From positions 128,001-192,000 of the forward strand of contig CAVXEP010000030.1 of assembly GCA_963760795.1 (NCBI GenBank): a stretch of 64,000 bases of DNA. Reading direction: 5' to 3'. Below the pieces are notes generated by a model, which was not told the origin of the DNA, searched no databases, and saw nothing but the letters and a program-made list of their open reading frames with translations. Positions within the stretch are counted from its first letter, which is position 1. Each line of letters starts with the position of its first letter. Positions 51,579 through 61,555 of this stretch are shown piece by piece. This DNA comes from an uncultured delta proteobacterium. GTDB taxonomy: Bacteria; Desulfobacterota; Binatia; UBA9968. Both the position numbers and the translations under genes were made by a program.

Positions 51579-52715
51579 TCACCGCGCCGCCGCAAGTTTC
51601 TCTCTCCACTCGGCCTGCTTGTGCACGGTCGATTTGATCTCGAACTTGCTGTCGAAATAGTGTCTGGTCGGATCGATGGGGACGCGCCAGCGCACTTTAC
51701 TATAGAAGTTGAGCCGCAGAAAATTCTCATCTTCGGGTGGGATGCTGATCACGCTGTGGGAAATGCCCAACGGGATGATGGTGATCTCGCCGGGAGAAAC
51801 TTCGACGTTCTCGAACTCGGAAAGATCGAGCGCGTCGCCGCGGAACTGAATCCGCACTTCCTCGCTGCGCAGCGCCCGATGAAAAGCGAACTGCTCGTCC
51901 TGCATGTTGTAGGTGCGTATCCGCATATTGGCCGACTCCATCAGCGGCTGGGTGCCGGCGTCTTCGCGCCCCTTGCCGACGATCGCCGTAAAGTGATCGA
52001 AGGCGCGCAGCTTGCGCACCAGACTTCCCGGCTTGCCGCGTCCTATTCCGGCGACGCCTACGAGCGATTCGTAATCGCGCTCGACCACCGTCTGGTCCTC
52101 CGAGCCATCGTCCCAGAAATGCATCTTCTCAATCACCGGCCCCTTCGTCGGCGTATTCGTCCCCTGCGCCGCCGTCCAATTGGGACCGCCGAGGCGCTTG
52201 ACCTCGAAGCTGGTTTGACTCGTGTACTGGTCGTCGTTCATGACGTAGTCCACCGCCTCGTGGCTTTGGCAGAAATAGCGCAGACTGTCGTTGCGTCCGA
52301 TCGAGCGATGGGCGATGCCGCCGGGAACCAGCATCACATCGCCGGGCTCCATATCATAGACGCCGAACTCGGTTTCCACTTTGCTGTTGCCGCAAAATTG
52401 GAAATAGACCATGTCCGAGTCGACGTAGCGGTGAAAGCTGTCCTGCACACCGACGACGCTCTCGACGCCGATGCGGTGATATTCGTTTTCGAGGATCACC
52501 AACGATTGATTGGGGATGCTGAGCATGTCGAAGGGGCGAAAGCGCGGCGTGTAGTGGGTGCTTTTTGCCGTGCCCATCAAACCGGTCTTGCGGCGCTCCG
52601 CCCAAGCCGCGAGCCCTGGCCTGGGAAAGTCCTTCCATGTGGTCATGAACTCGCCGATCTGCTGCTGTTTGTAGACCTTTTCTTCCGCCGCTTTGGTTTC
52701 TGGTCTCCGATACAT
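51579..52715 (-). CDS. Bicupin protein, homogentisate 1,2-dioxygenase-like
   Basis: FHR..D.D.VYFQF.G...VETEFG...PGD..LVP.GIAHR, repeated in the C-terminal half. Confidence 0.75.
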   Translation of the reverse strand: MYRRPETKAAEEKVYKQQQIGEFMTTWKDFPRPGLAAWAERRKTGLMGTAKSTHYTPRFRPFDMLSIPNQSLVILENEYHRIGVESVVGVQDSFHRYVDSDMVYFQFCGNSKVETEFGVYDMEPGDVMLVPGGIAHRSIGRNDSLRYFCQSHEAVDYVMNDDQYTSQTSFEVKRLGGPNWTAAQGTNTPTKGPVIEKMHFWDDGSEDQTVVERDYESLVGVAGIGRGKPGSLVRKLRAFDHFTAIVGKGREDAGTQPLMESANMRIRTYNMQDEQFAFHRALRSEEVRIQFRGDALDLSEFENVEVSPGEITIIPLGISHSVISIPPEDENFLRLNFYSKVRWRVPIDPTRHYFDSKFEIKSTVHKQAEWREKLAAAR

Positions 52716-52988
52716 GATTCCTCCGTGCGCGATGATTGACGTTAATACGATTATGAAGGTGAGCTACAGAAGGTCCGGCTGATTGTCAAGGCGAAGTCTT
52801 GCGCCGTTGACCTTTCGGCAACGATAGGACAAGCCGAAGGGCATCACTATTGATTAATCTCCGGCGTCCAGACGAGATGGCTGCGAGTACGATCAGCGCG
52901 GCAATTTAACGCGTGGTTTGTTCGCCGACGCGCAATGCATAGCGAGTATTCCCGTCCGACGCTGATAACAACTGCCATCCTCTTTGCG

Positions 52989-53990
52989 CTATTTTTTCTG
53001 CGCCATTTCTTTGGCTGCCTCCGCGGCCAGCGAGAAATCGAAGATCGATGCGGCGGCGACATCTCCCTTCAAACTCGCCGTCGAGCTGAGCATCGCGATG
53101 TAGGCTTTCACCTGCTCCTCGGTGGGTACGCCGATTTTTGAGAACGTGTCGCGCACGGAGTCATACGCCTTGGCCGCTTGCAATGGATTGAGCTTTATCC
53201 ACTTGGCGATGATATCGATGGTCCCCTCGCGTTGACTCCAAGTGTAATCGAGTCCTTCGATCGTCGCCTTGAGGAGTTCGACAATTTCCGGGCGTGCGGT
53301 CTTGATTTTTTCTTCGGTGGTGGCGAAACCAGCCTGTGGAATCGGCAGTATCGAACCCATCTGCAGCAGCCGTTTCAATCCCAGCTCTTCGGCCTTCAAA
53401 TCGGACGGCACGGGCACCACGGTGGCATCGATGGTCCCCCGTTGCGTGGCGATCATTCGATCGTTGGTCGAATTTAATGGGACGATAATGGTGTTCGCGC
53501 CTAAATTATATTTCTCGATAAGTACCCGAACCTCGTAGGCCGGCAGAGTGCCGAGGCTCCCGGCGCCGATCCTTTTGCCGGCGAGATCGCTCACCGCCAG
53601 GAATTCCGGCCGGCTCACCAGCACATGCTGGAGTTTCACTGAAGTAAAGCAAATAACTTTCAGCGGCAAGCCGCGCGCCCCCGCCGTGGCCGGCCCGCTG
53701 GGAATCGTCGTGTAATCAATCGCCCGGTTGAGCAGCGCCGGCGCCACCAAACCCGCCGCCATCTGAATGACTTCGATATCGAAACCTCGTCTGGCAAAGA
53801 AACCTTTTTGCAACGCCACGTAAATGGGCAGATAGCTCAGCGAGGCCGAAGGCGTGGCGAGTCTGATCTTGACAGGTGAAATCTTGCCCTGGGCTTGCGC
53901 GTCCGCCGCCCACAGCGCTGCCAGCCATACAACGGCGAGAATCGACGCTGTCAAACATTTCACAGATTTCATTAAAAGCCGCCCTGCCAT
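52989..53990 (-). CDS. ABC substrate-binding protein (NMT1/SsuA-like)
   Basis: LPIYVA..KGFF...G.D.E and DL.GKRIG motifs. Confidence 0.85.
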   Translation of the reverse strand: MAGRLLMKSVKCLTASILAVVWLAALWAADAQAQGKISPVKIRLATPSASLSYLPIYVALQKGFFARRGFDIEVIQMAAGLVAPALLNRAIDYTTIPSGPATAGARGLPLKVICFTSVKLQHVLVSRPEFLAVSDLAGKRIGAGSLGTLPAYEVRVLIEKYNLGANTIIVPLNSTNDRMIATQRGTIDATVVPVPSDLKAEELGLKRLLQMGSILPIPQAGFATTEEKIKTARPEIVELLKATIEGLDYTWSQREGTIDIIAKWIKLNPLQAAKAYDSVRDTFSKIGVPTEEQVKAYIAMLSSTASLKGDVAAASIFDFSLAAEAAKEMAQKK

Positions 53991-54257
53991 CGATCCGATT
54001 CAGCCGATTTCGGTGTCAGCTGCGCGCAACATAAAGCAAATGTATTTCGCCCGTCAAGGACAAGGATGGTCCAGGACCGGGCCGGGCCTCGCAGTGTAAA
54101 CAATCTTACTGCGTTGAGAAGCCGTAGAGACGCTAATAGCAAGCTCGCAACAATTTATTTCTTAAACTTGACTCGTCATTCTTTCATGCTTGAATAATCA
54201 CTAGCAGAAGGTCGTAGTTGAACTTAACAAGCAACTTTACATTTAAGGGAGTCTCCA

Positions 54258-54467
54258 ATGGATGATCATACCTACAAGCAGGTCGAACTCACGGGCTCGT
54301 CGCACGATTCCATGGAAGCGGCGATTCAAAACGCCATCGCCAAGGCCGGCAAGACGCTTCACAACATTCACTGGTTTCAAGTCGTCGATACCCGCGGTTA
54401 CGTCGCCGACAATAAAGTCGACTACTGGCAGGTGACGATCAAATTAGGCTTTCGCCTGGACGACTAG
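54258..54467 (+). CDS. Dodecin (flavin-binding)
   Basis: HTYK.VELTGSS...E.AI.NAI..A..TL....WF.V...RG.......WQVTIK.GF.L motif. Confidence 0.93.
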   Translation: MDDHTYKQVELTGSSHDSMEAAIQNAIAKAGKTLHNIHWFQVVDTRGYVADNKVDYWQVTIKLGFRLDD

Positions 54468-54677
54468 CTCATTTAAGCGGACGATCGGGTCCGGACATAT
54501 CAGTCTTTACAATCTTCGGCATCTCTGCGCATGCCGCACCGACAACCGCGATAACGCCGAAGTCATATTCGACTGATCGATCTCCACACCTGGCCGCTTT
54601 GCTCACAGGCCGCGCGAAGTTCAATGACAAAAATTAAAAACGATCCCGGTCACAACCCATCACTTCATTCGGACATG

Positions 54678-56588
54678 TCATCGCGCGAACACCAAAAGGC
54701 TGTTCGCCGGTAATACTAGAGCTGCCGAGTGGGCAAAATCGTGCATCGGCTGGGGCTCGGCACGGACGCGTCCGCCGTTGCCGACTGTGCCGGGGTTAAC
54801 CCAGTTTTCGTAAACATCGCTGTTGAACACCTCGCGCCATTCTCCCTGGGCCGGGAAACCGATGCGATAGTCGAAACGATTATAATTCGCCAGGTGGATA
54901 ACCACGATCACGTCGTGTCCTTCGCCCACCACCCAACGGTGAAACGCCAGCACTCGGTTTTGGTCGTGCCCGTGAACCACGCGGAATCCTTGGCCGCGAA
55001 GACCGGGGAAGCGCCAGCGAAGCCTCACTAGTTCTCGAGTGAAACGTATGTGATCGAGCATCTGTTTGTCACCCGAATCAACTCCCGCCCAGTGCAACAG
55101 CAGGTTCTGGTGAAACTCGAAATTGTCGGACCACTGTTTATCCTCGATAAACTCCTGCCCCATAAATAACATTGGGATGCCGGGAGCCGTCAGGCCAATG
55201 CCCGTGGCAACGCGAGCTCGGCTGCGGCCAAACCAGGAACGAGGGTTACTCGGATCTCCCAGTCGGGCGACGCGCTGTTCGCGGCCCTGATATACGATGT
55301 CATGGTTTTCCGGCCCCTGGACAAATTGCCAATGCTCGGTGAAACCTTCCGGCCACAAACTCCGAGCGAGGCGTGTCATAGCGAGCGGGCGGTCATCGGG
55401 AGCGCTGGCACCGCCGACGACATCGCGAATAGCAATGCGCAGTCCGTCGGTTAGCGTCGTATCGAAACCCGCGCCCTCGGGCGGGTGCTTCACGATATAG
55501 GGGTTGACGCTCCAATATTCCGCCTTGTCAAAAACCGCCGGCTTGTGAAAGCGCAAAGTCGAGGTGAGATCCTGGCAAAAGCGCCAACCCTGGGGCGCGC
55601 CGTCATGATCGATAACGCTCACTTGGTCGTAGCGCAGACCGTCGACGCGGTATTCATCAAGAAAAAACTTGGCGTTTTGAATCAGAAACTCGCGCACCTC
55701 AGGTTTCTCGTAGTCGAACACGAGGCCGCCGGCATGGCCTTTATCGGTAAAGTAAAGGGAATTCCGGTTGCCGCCCTGGCTTGGCTGCCGGTCGAGGAAA
55801 TAAAGGCTTTGATCGCCGAAGTCGCCGCCCGCGTGGTTATAGACGACATCCAGTATGATCGCGAGTCCGTGAACGTGGCAAAGATCCACCAGCGCCTTGA
55901 GCTGGTTCATTTCACCGCGAAGATCTGCAACCTGATAGCGCTGCAATCCCTTGGCATCGAGCAGCCGATTGACCTCCGCCGCATAGGCCGCAAGGTTGCC
56001 GTCTTCGACGGCCAAATCCATTTCCGGCGAGAAGTAATCGGTGCCGTTGTAGCCCAGGCTGAACTGGGTTTGAAACTCCTGGATCGGCATCAGCTGGATT
56101 GCAGTTACGCCGAGATCAGCAAGGTACGGGATCTTTCTCGCGACATCGAGAAAGGTTCCGGCTTTTTGCGGCAGATTCGGCGTGAAGAATGTCCCGACAT
56201 GGAGCTGGTAGATCACGAAATCATGAAACTTTGGAGTGGCGTAACCGCTTTCGTGCCAGGGGAAGTCGGTTCTGCGGACGACGCACTCGCTCGGGAAAGG
56301 CGTCTGTAGCTCGCGGGCGTAGGGATCGCGTTTCGGGCCCTCGCCACCTTCGCCAACAACATAAAACATGTAACGCTGGCGGTCCTGAACGCCGCGGATG
56401 AATCCGCGCCAATGACCCTGATCATCCCGCGTTAGCAGACTGCTGGCATTGCGCTGGCGATTGTTGAAGTCGCCAATCACATGCACCGACTTCGCATGCG
56501 GAGCCCAGACGCGAAATGTCGCGCCGTCGCCGATCAGGTTCGCGCCCATTGGGGTGTTAGCGCCAATATGCTCGAGGGACGCGGGCAT
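54678..56588 (-). CDS. GH13 alpha-amylase family, 1,4-alpha-glucan branching enzyme-like
   Basis: CBM48 FRVWAP, IYQLHVGTF, DVVYNH, DGLRYD and ENHD motifs; GGAGGA RBS before MPAS. Confidence 0.88.
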   Translation of the reverse strand: MPASLEHIGANTPMGANLIGDGATFRVWAPHAKSVHVIGDFNNRQRNASSLLTRDDQGHWRGFIRGVQDRQRYMFYVVGEGGEGPKRDPYARELQTPFPSECVVRRTDFPWHESGYATPKFHDFVIYQLHVGTFFTPNLPQKAGTFLDVARKIPYLADLGVTAIQLMPIQEFQTQFSLGYNGTDYFSPEMDLAVEDGNLAAYAAEVNRLLDAKGLQRYQVADLRGEMNQLKALVDLCHVHGLAIILDVVYNHAGGDFGDQSLYFLDRQPSQGGNRNSLYFTDKGHAGGLVFDYEKPEVREFLIQNAKFFLDEYRVDGLRYDQVSVIDHDGAPQGWRFCQDLTSTLRFHKPAVFDKAEYWSVNPYIVKHPPEGAGFDTTLTDGLRIAIRDVVGGASAPDDRPLAMTRLARSLWPEGFTEHWQFVQGPENHDIVYQGREQRVARLGDPSNPRSWFGRSRARVATGIGLTAPGIPMLFMGQEFIEDKQWSDNFEFHQNLLLHWAGVDSGDKQMLDHIRFTRELVRLRWRFPGLRGQGFRVVHGHDQNRVLAFHRWVVGEGHDVIVVIHLANYNRFDYRIGFPAQGEWREVFNSDVYENWVNPGTVGNGGRVRAEPQPMHDFAHSAALVLPANSLLVFAR

Positions 56589-56817
56589 ACAATCCTCCAG
56601 CAAGAGAGTTTCTACCCTCTCTGACTCTAAGGCTTTTAGGCAAACTGCCGTAAGGCGAACTCCGAAAGGCACACCTAACCGCATAACAGAATAACCTGCA
56701 ACGCGATTCAAGTCGCGGTGGCGCCAGAAAAACCGTAATCGTTCGGATCGACCCGGCTTTATTATGCCGCACAGTAAGCGACGCGAAGCGACACAAATCA
56801 AGAGTTAATCAGGCAGG

Positions 56818-57009
56818 CTACTGTCGATTCCTGGGTTGGGAAGATGCGGAACCCTGGACATCCATTTTGGCAAGTACGCGGTTGAGTCCTTTAATCTGGG
56901 CGATTATTTTCTTGTCTTTCGTGCCTTGAAACTGCAGCGTCAACTCGTCGACACGCCACTCGATCTGCGCGCGTGTAAACTTCTTCGGGAGTAGGAATTG
57001 GATCGGCAT
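56818..57009 (-). CDS. Small hypothetical protein
   Basis: 63-aa ORF MPIQFLLPKK...; weak support. Confidence 0.4.
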   Translation of the reverse strand: MPIQFLLPKKFTRAQIEWRVDELTLQFQGTKDKKIIAQIKGLNRVLAKMDVQGSASSQPRNRQ

Positions 57010-57044
57010 CGCCGGTCTATATCGCAGGATCGAGCCGAAGGTGG

Positions 57045-57510
57045 TCATGATGGCTCCAAGGGCGGGCCGCCCTGTGTCTGATCGGAGGTATCGACGATGC
57101 CACCAGCAAGGTGACAGGCGGATTTTTTACCCAGGCCGAAAGCTCATGGGGTTACTTCACTCTGTTCTCTGACACTTTCGGGAATATGGCTTACCCCATT
57201 CGATCTATACCGACTGTCACTCGGTATTCTGGACCGATCAGGAACCGACGGTAGAGGAGCAGTTGATCAACCACAAGCCCACTACTGAAGTGGGCAGGGC
57301 CTTAGAAGAACTCGGAGTGACTTTGATCTGGCCATTCCCCACAGGCCAAGGGCAGAATCGAGCGACTGTGGAACACTTTTCAAGACCGGCTGGTCAGTGA
57401 GTTACGATTGGCTAAGGCCAAGACCTTGGAACAGGCTCAAGCGGTCCTGGAGGGTTACATCCCGGTGCATAACCGTAAGTTCGCCAAGCGGCTCGGGCTG
57501 AGCCTGCCTG
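57045..57510 (+). pseudogene. ISNCY (IS1202-like) DDE transposase remnant
   Basis: Across frameshifts reads IDDATS..F..E...GYF...GLP.SIYTD.HS.F...GRAL.ELG....PQAKGRIERLW.TFQDRL. Confidence 0.8.
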
Positions 57511-57675
57511 GAGAAGCTCACGCCTCAAGAGCGAATCTGCGCTACACGCACTTGATCATTCCCGAATAGAGCTAAGCGGAACGCGGAGAGCAGACTTTTT
57601 AGGCCAGCCTGGGGAAGCAGTAGAGCGGCAGCAGCGGTAGCGATGCGCTGTTCGGCTTCGCTTCCCGAGTGAACG

Positions 57676-58713
57676 CTAATTGGCAAGAAATTTTTTCGCC
57701 CGCTCGATCACCTCCGCGGGTTGGTTCATTACTTCTTGAATCAAAGTCTGCAGCTCTTCACCCGTCACCGGATCGATATCCATCTTGCCTCGCCGCGCCT
57801 CGGCCAACAGCTCCGGGTCCTTCAGCGCTTGGACGTAAGCGCGCCGTAGTGCATCGACCCGTTCCGCTGGAACACCGGGAGTGGCTAACATCGGGCGGCC
57901 AAACTCACCGCCCATGAGGATGACATGGGCGACCCGGCGGTTCATCTCGGAAACTTTCTCCTGATCCATCAGCTCGTAGAATGTCGCGGCGTCGGCCATT
58001 CTCGGGTCGCGTTTGCGCGCGGTCTGCACCAGATGGCGATCAAAGCCTTTCTTGTGCCAGGTGTCGAAGGGCTCCCGGCCGCTATGGCTGGTGATTGCCA
58101 TGCCTCGGCAAACGATTTCGTTGCGCTCCACGGCAATGTCGATTTGAGTGCCGCCGATATAGCCGCTGACCAGATTGAACTTGACGCCGAACACTTCCTC
58201 GAGAACTTTTGGCAGGAGAAATCCCGCATCGTTGGTGCCACTCGACCCGCACTTGGGCGGCTCCTTGGCGCGGCGAATCTCGGCCAAGGTTGTATAGGGG
58301 GTATCGCTGCGCATGTAGAGCAGCATATGGGTTTTTTCCTGGGTACCCAGCCAATGGAATTTGCGCACGTCGAACTTTGCCTCCGGCCGACCGGCTAGTT
58401 GATCCATGTAGATTTTGCCGTTCGGCATCACCACGGTCAGCCCATCAGGCTTGGCTAGATTGTAGACGTAGTTGGCCGCGACCAGCGACCCCGCGCCCGG
58501 CATGTTTTGCACGATAGAGCCCGGATTCCCGGGTATGTACTTGGGCATATGCCGCGAGAGCAGGCGTGCCCAGGCGTCGTAGAATCCGCCAGGCGGGCTG
58601 CCCACCACGATTTTAAACATTTTACCTTTGTAGAATGACTCCTGCGCGAAGAGCGCAGGCTGGCTCGAAAAAAACAGCAGCAGAAACCAAAAAGCAGTGA
58701 CAAACCGCTTCAT
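57676..58713 (-). CDS. TctC/Bug-like substrate-binding protein
   Basis: FYKGK..IVVG.PPGG.YD..ARL, VQNMPGAG and KPDGLT motifs. Confidence 0.88.
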   Translation of the reverse strand: MKRFVTAFWFLLLFFSSQPALFAQESFYKGKMFKIVVGSPPGGFYDAWARLLSRHMPKYIPGNPGSIVQNMPGAGSLVAANYVYNLAKPDGLTVVMPNGKIYMDQLAGRPEAKFDVRKFHWLGTQEKTHMLLYMRSDTPYTTLAEIRRAKEPPKCGSSGTNDAGFLLPKVLEEVFGVKFNLVSGYIGGTQIDIAVERNEIVCRGMAITSHSGREPFDTWHKKGFDRHLVQTARKRDPRMADAATFYELMDQEKVSEMNRRVAHVILMGGEFGRPMLATPGVPAERVDALRRAYVQALKDPELLAEARRGKMDIDPVTGEELQTLIQEVMNQPAEVIERAKKFLAN

Positions 58714-58802
58714 CTAGACACCTCAAACTATTTTGCCCGCGCGACTCAAGTACCCGCGTGTCGACGATTAATTAGTCATCGGTCATGGTGTTGAAACGAC
58801 AT

Positions 58803-59897
58803 TTATTGCAAATTTAACAGACGCGCCGCATTGCCGCCGAGGATGAGTTCTTTGTGCTTTTCGCTGATGTCGGTTCTTTCCTTGAGTATCGATACGGTGC
58901 GCGGATATTCACAGTCGAAGTGCGGAAAATCCGTCGCTAAACAGATGCGCTCGGCGCCGAACTCTTCTATAGCCAAAGGCAGCGGCTTTTCATCCACCTC
59001 ACAGGTGACGTAACAATTGCGCTTGAGGTATGCGGACGGCGCCATCGTGAGATGCTTGGCCTCTTCTTTCAGCCACGCGTAGTCGTCATCCATGCGATGC
59101 ATCCAGTAAAGAATCCATTCCGCGCCGCATTCAAACAAGACCACCCGAAGTTCAGGAAATTTCTCGAAGACGCCGCCCAGGGTGAGCGCGACCAATGCCG
59201 CGGTGCAGTTGATCGGTCTGCCCAAGACATGCATGGCGAAAAAATCATCGAAACGGTCGATGAGTTCGCCGTTGGTGTTGGGGTGACAGAATAATGGCAC
59301 GTTTAACTCGATGGCAGCTTCGTAGTAGGGAAAAAACGATGGATCGTTGAGGTTGCGCGGCCCGCAATATTGCACCAGATGGCCGGCCTTGAACCCCAGC
59401 TCCTTGACGCAGCGCTTAAGCTCGTTGGCCATCTGGTCGGGACATCCGGCCGGCACGATGGCAACCGGCCAAAAACGATCCTCATAGCCGCGCACCAGGT
59501 TGGCCATCCAGTTATTGACGCATTGGCAAAGCGCCAGACCCAGGCCGCCGTAATTCATCGCTGGAATATTCATGGTGGTGGGAAAGAGGATCTGTCGATC
59601 GATTCCCTCGCGGCCTATCGCGTTCAAACGCGCCTTCATATCGTAACCGCCCACCTGGCGTTCGGCGAGCTCTCCGCCGCGCCATTGAGTCTTCGGATCG
59701 AACATATGGTTGTGGTCCACGCCGGCGCGCGCCTTGGGGCTAACGGGATCGAGGCTATGAAGAAAACGGGCCTGCTGAAACTTACCGTCGCCGACCTTCT
59801 TCGGAGTCAACTTGGAGTAGATGCCGTCCAGCTTGTAGATCTCGTCCATGAAGTAGATTTCACGCACATGAGAATCGATGTCGATGATCATTCGCAT
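58803..59897 (-). CDS. Amidohydrolase family protein (amidohydro_2)
   Basis: IDIDSH, HP, GVFEKFP.LR...E.G..W and TDFPH motifs. Confidence 0.9.
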   Translation of the reverse strand: MRMIIDIDSHVREIYFMDEIYKLDGIYSKLTPKKVGDGKFQQARFLHSLDPVSPKARAGVDHNHMFDPKTQWRGGELAERQVGGYDMKARLNAIGREGIDRQILFPTTMNIPAMNYGGLGLALCQCVNNWMANLVRGYEDRFWPVAIVPAGCPDQMANELKRCVKELGFKAGHLVQYCGPRNLNDPSFFPYYEAAIELNVPLFCHPNTNGELIDRFDDFFAMHVLGRPINCTAALVALTLGGVFEKFPELRVVLFECGAEWILYWMHRMDDDYAWLKEEAKHLTMAPSAYLKRNCYVTCEVDEKPLPLAIEEFGAERICLATDFPHFDCEYPRTVSILKERTDISEKHKELILGGNAARLLNLQ

Positions 59898-60201
59898 CCG
59901 CCTCCGTCGAGTTTGATTTACTTGTTCGCCGCGCCATCGCAGCGAACCGCGCACGCCGGTCTTATACCATGCGGCGAGTCGACCTTGTCAAATCGAATTT
60001 GCGATAGTGCGATCGCCGGCGGCCGCAGTCGTTGATCAGCCGATCGCTCCGTCGCCGAAGGATCTGGAGAGCTGGGACCAGCCTGTGTGTCGGAGGAAAT
60101 GCCCTGACCATTTTCGCATTGACGAATGCCCCAGCTTTGCCTACTTTAACCACAGCCAATCAAGGTGATCAGCCGAATTAACGGTGCTCGGAGGGGACCC
60201 C

Positions 60202-61218
60202 ATGAATTTTAATTTCACTGTGATATTAGCCATGCTGACCGCCCTTGCCCTGGCGAATCCTGGAATTGGCCCAGCGCAAACCAAAGAGCGCGCCAAACTT
60301 ATCGAGGATGCAAAAAAAGAAGGCAAGGTGATGGTCTACGTCTCCTCCAACGCCTCGGATGCCCGAGCTCTCGAAGCTGCCTTCGAAAAAAAATATCCCT
60401 TCGTCAACATGGAATTCTACAGCTCGGGAAAGGACGCGCTGTTGACGCGCTACCTGCTTGAAGCGCGCACCGGCGCCAATCTTGCCGATGTTTATCAATC
60501 CAGCGTATTTCCGATTATGAACCTGGTGGAGAAGGGACTGCTGGCCAAGTACTACTCGCCGGAACGGGAAGGTTTCATCGAAGCGCTGCGCGACAAGGAC
60601 GGCTATTGGCACGCGACGTATTTGAATGCCGTGACCATGGCCTACAACTCACGAATGCTAAAACCCGATGAAGTGCCGCAGAGTTACCAGGAGCTGCTGC
60701 AACCGAAGTGGCGCGAGAAGATGGGCTTTGTGCTGAGCCATACCGAATGGTATTTCGCCATGCTCCAGTCCATGGGCGAGGACAAGGGGCGGCAATATAT
60801 GGAGGCGCTGAGCAAACAAAAGATTCAGTCGCGAATCGGCAGCTCGCTGATGAACCAGCTGATGATGGCCGGCGAGTTTCCATTGTTGATCTCGCAGTAT
60901 CCGACCGGCGTCGAAGAGCTCAAAAAAACCGGCGCGCCGATCGATTGGGTGGCGCTCGACCCCTGGTTCGTTTATCCCATCGGCATCGCCGTCACCGCTA
61001 AGAACTCCCATCCCGCCGCGGCGCGGCTTTACGTCGACTTCATTCTCTCCGAAGAAGGACAGACTTCCATGCGTCAACTGAGCCGCATTCCGGCGCGCAA
61101 GGACGTCCTGCCGAATCCGCCGCGGCTCATGCAAGGACGCAAGCTCTTCGTCATCAAGCCGGCGTCGAGCGCCGTTTACAACAAGTATAACGCCGAGATG
61201 CTTCGCTATTTTCGCTGA
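60202..61218 (+). CDS. ABC extracellular solute-binding protein (AfuA-like)
   Basis: AKKEG.V.VY, FEKKYP, YN...P.SY.ELL.PKW and HP.AA.LY.DF.LS.EGQ motifs. Confidence 0.85.
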   Translation: MNFNFTVILAMLTALALANPGIGPAQTKERAKLIEDAKKEGKVMVYVSSNASDARALEAAFEKKYPFVNMEFYSSGKDALLTRYLLEARTGANLADVYQSSVFPIMNLVEKGLLAKYYSPEREGFIEALRDKDGYWHATYLNAVTMAYNSRMLKPDEVPQSYQELLQPKWREKMGFVLSHTEWYFAMLQSMGEDKGRQYMEALSKQKIQSRIGSSLMNQLMMAGEFPLLISQYPTGVEELKKTGAPIDWVALDPWFVYPIGIAVTAKNSHPAAARLYVDFILSEEGQTSMRQLSRIPARKDVLPNPPRLMQGRKLFVIKPASSAVYNKYNAEMLRYFR

Positions 61219-61555
61219 AGCTTTGAAGTCATGTCTGGCTGCACCATTCGAGGGATCAGAGCGGCAGATATTTTACTTCGGTGTTTCTCATCCGAGCTAG
61301 GCGCTTGCCGGAATAGCGACGCGCTCCTTTAGTGTCGGGACACCGGCGTCGGGGAACTGGGAACTGACTCAGGCTTGCCCGGCAGGAACAGGAATAGGGC
61401 GGAAACACTTCATTCGAGTTGCCAGGTATCTTAAACTCTTCTCCCAGCGCGAGGTTAGTCGAGCGATCGGAAGATTGGAGTTATATGATCTTCGAACAAG
61501 TGCTCAGCGCGTCTTGCCTAACGAAATCGCAGAAGGCTTTTCAGAGATTCCTTAA

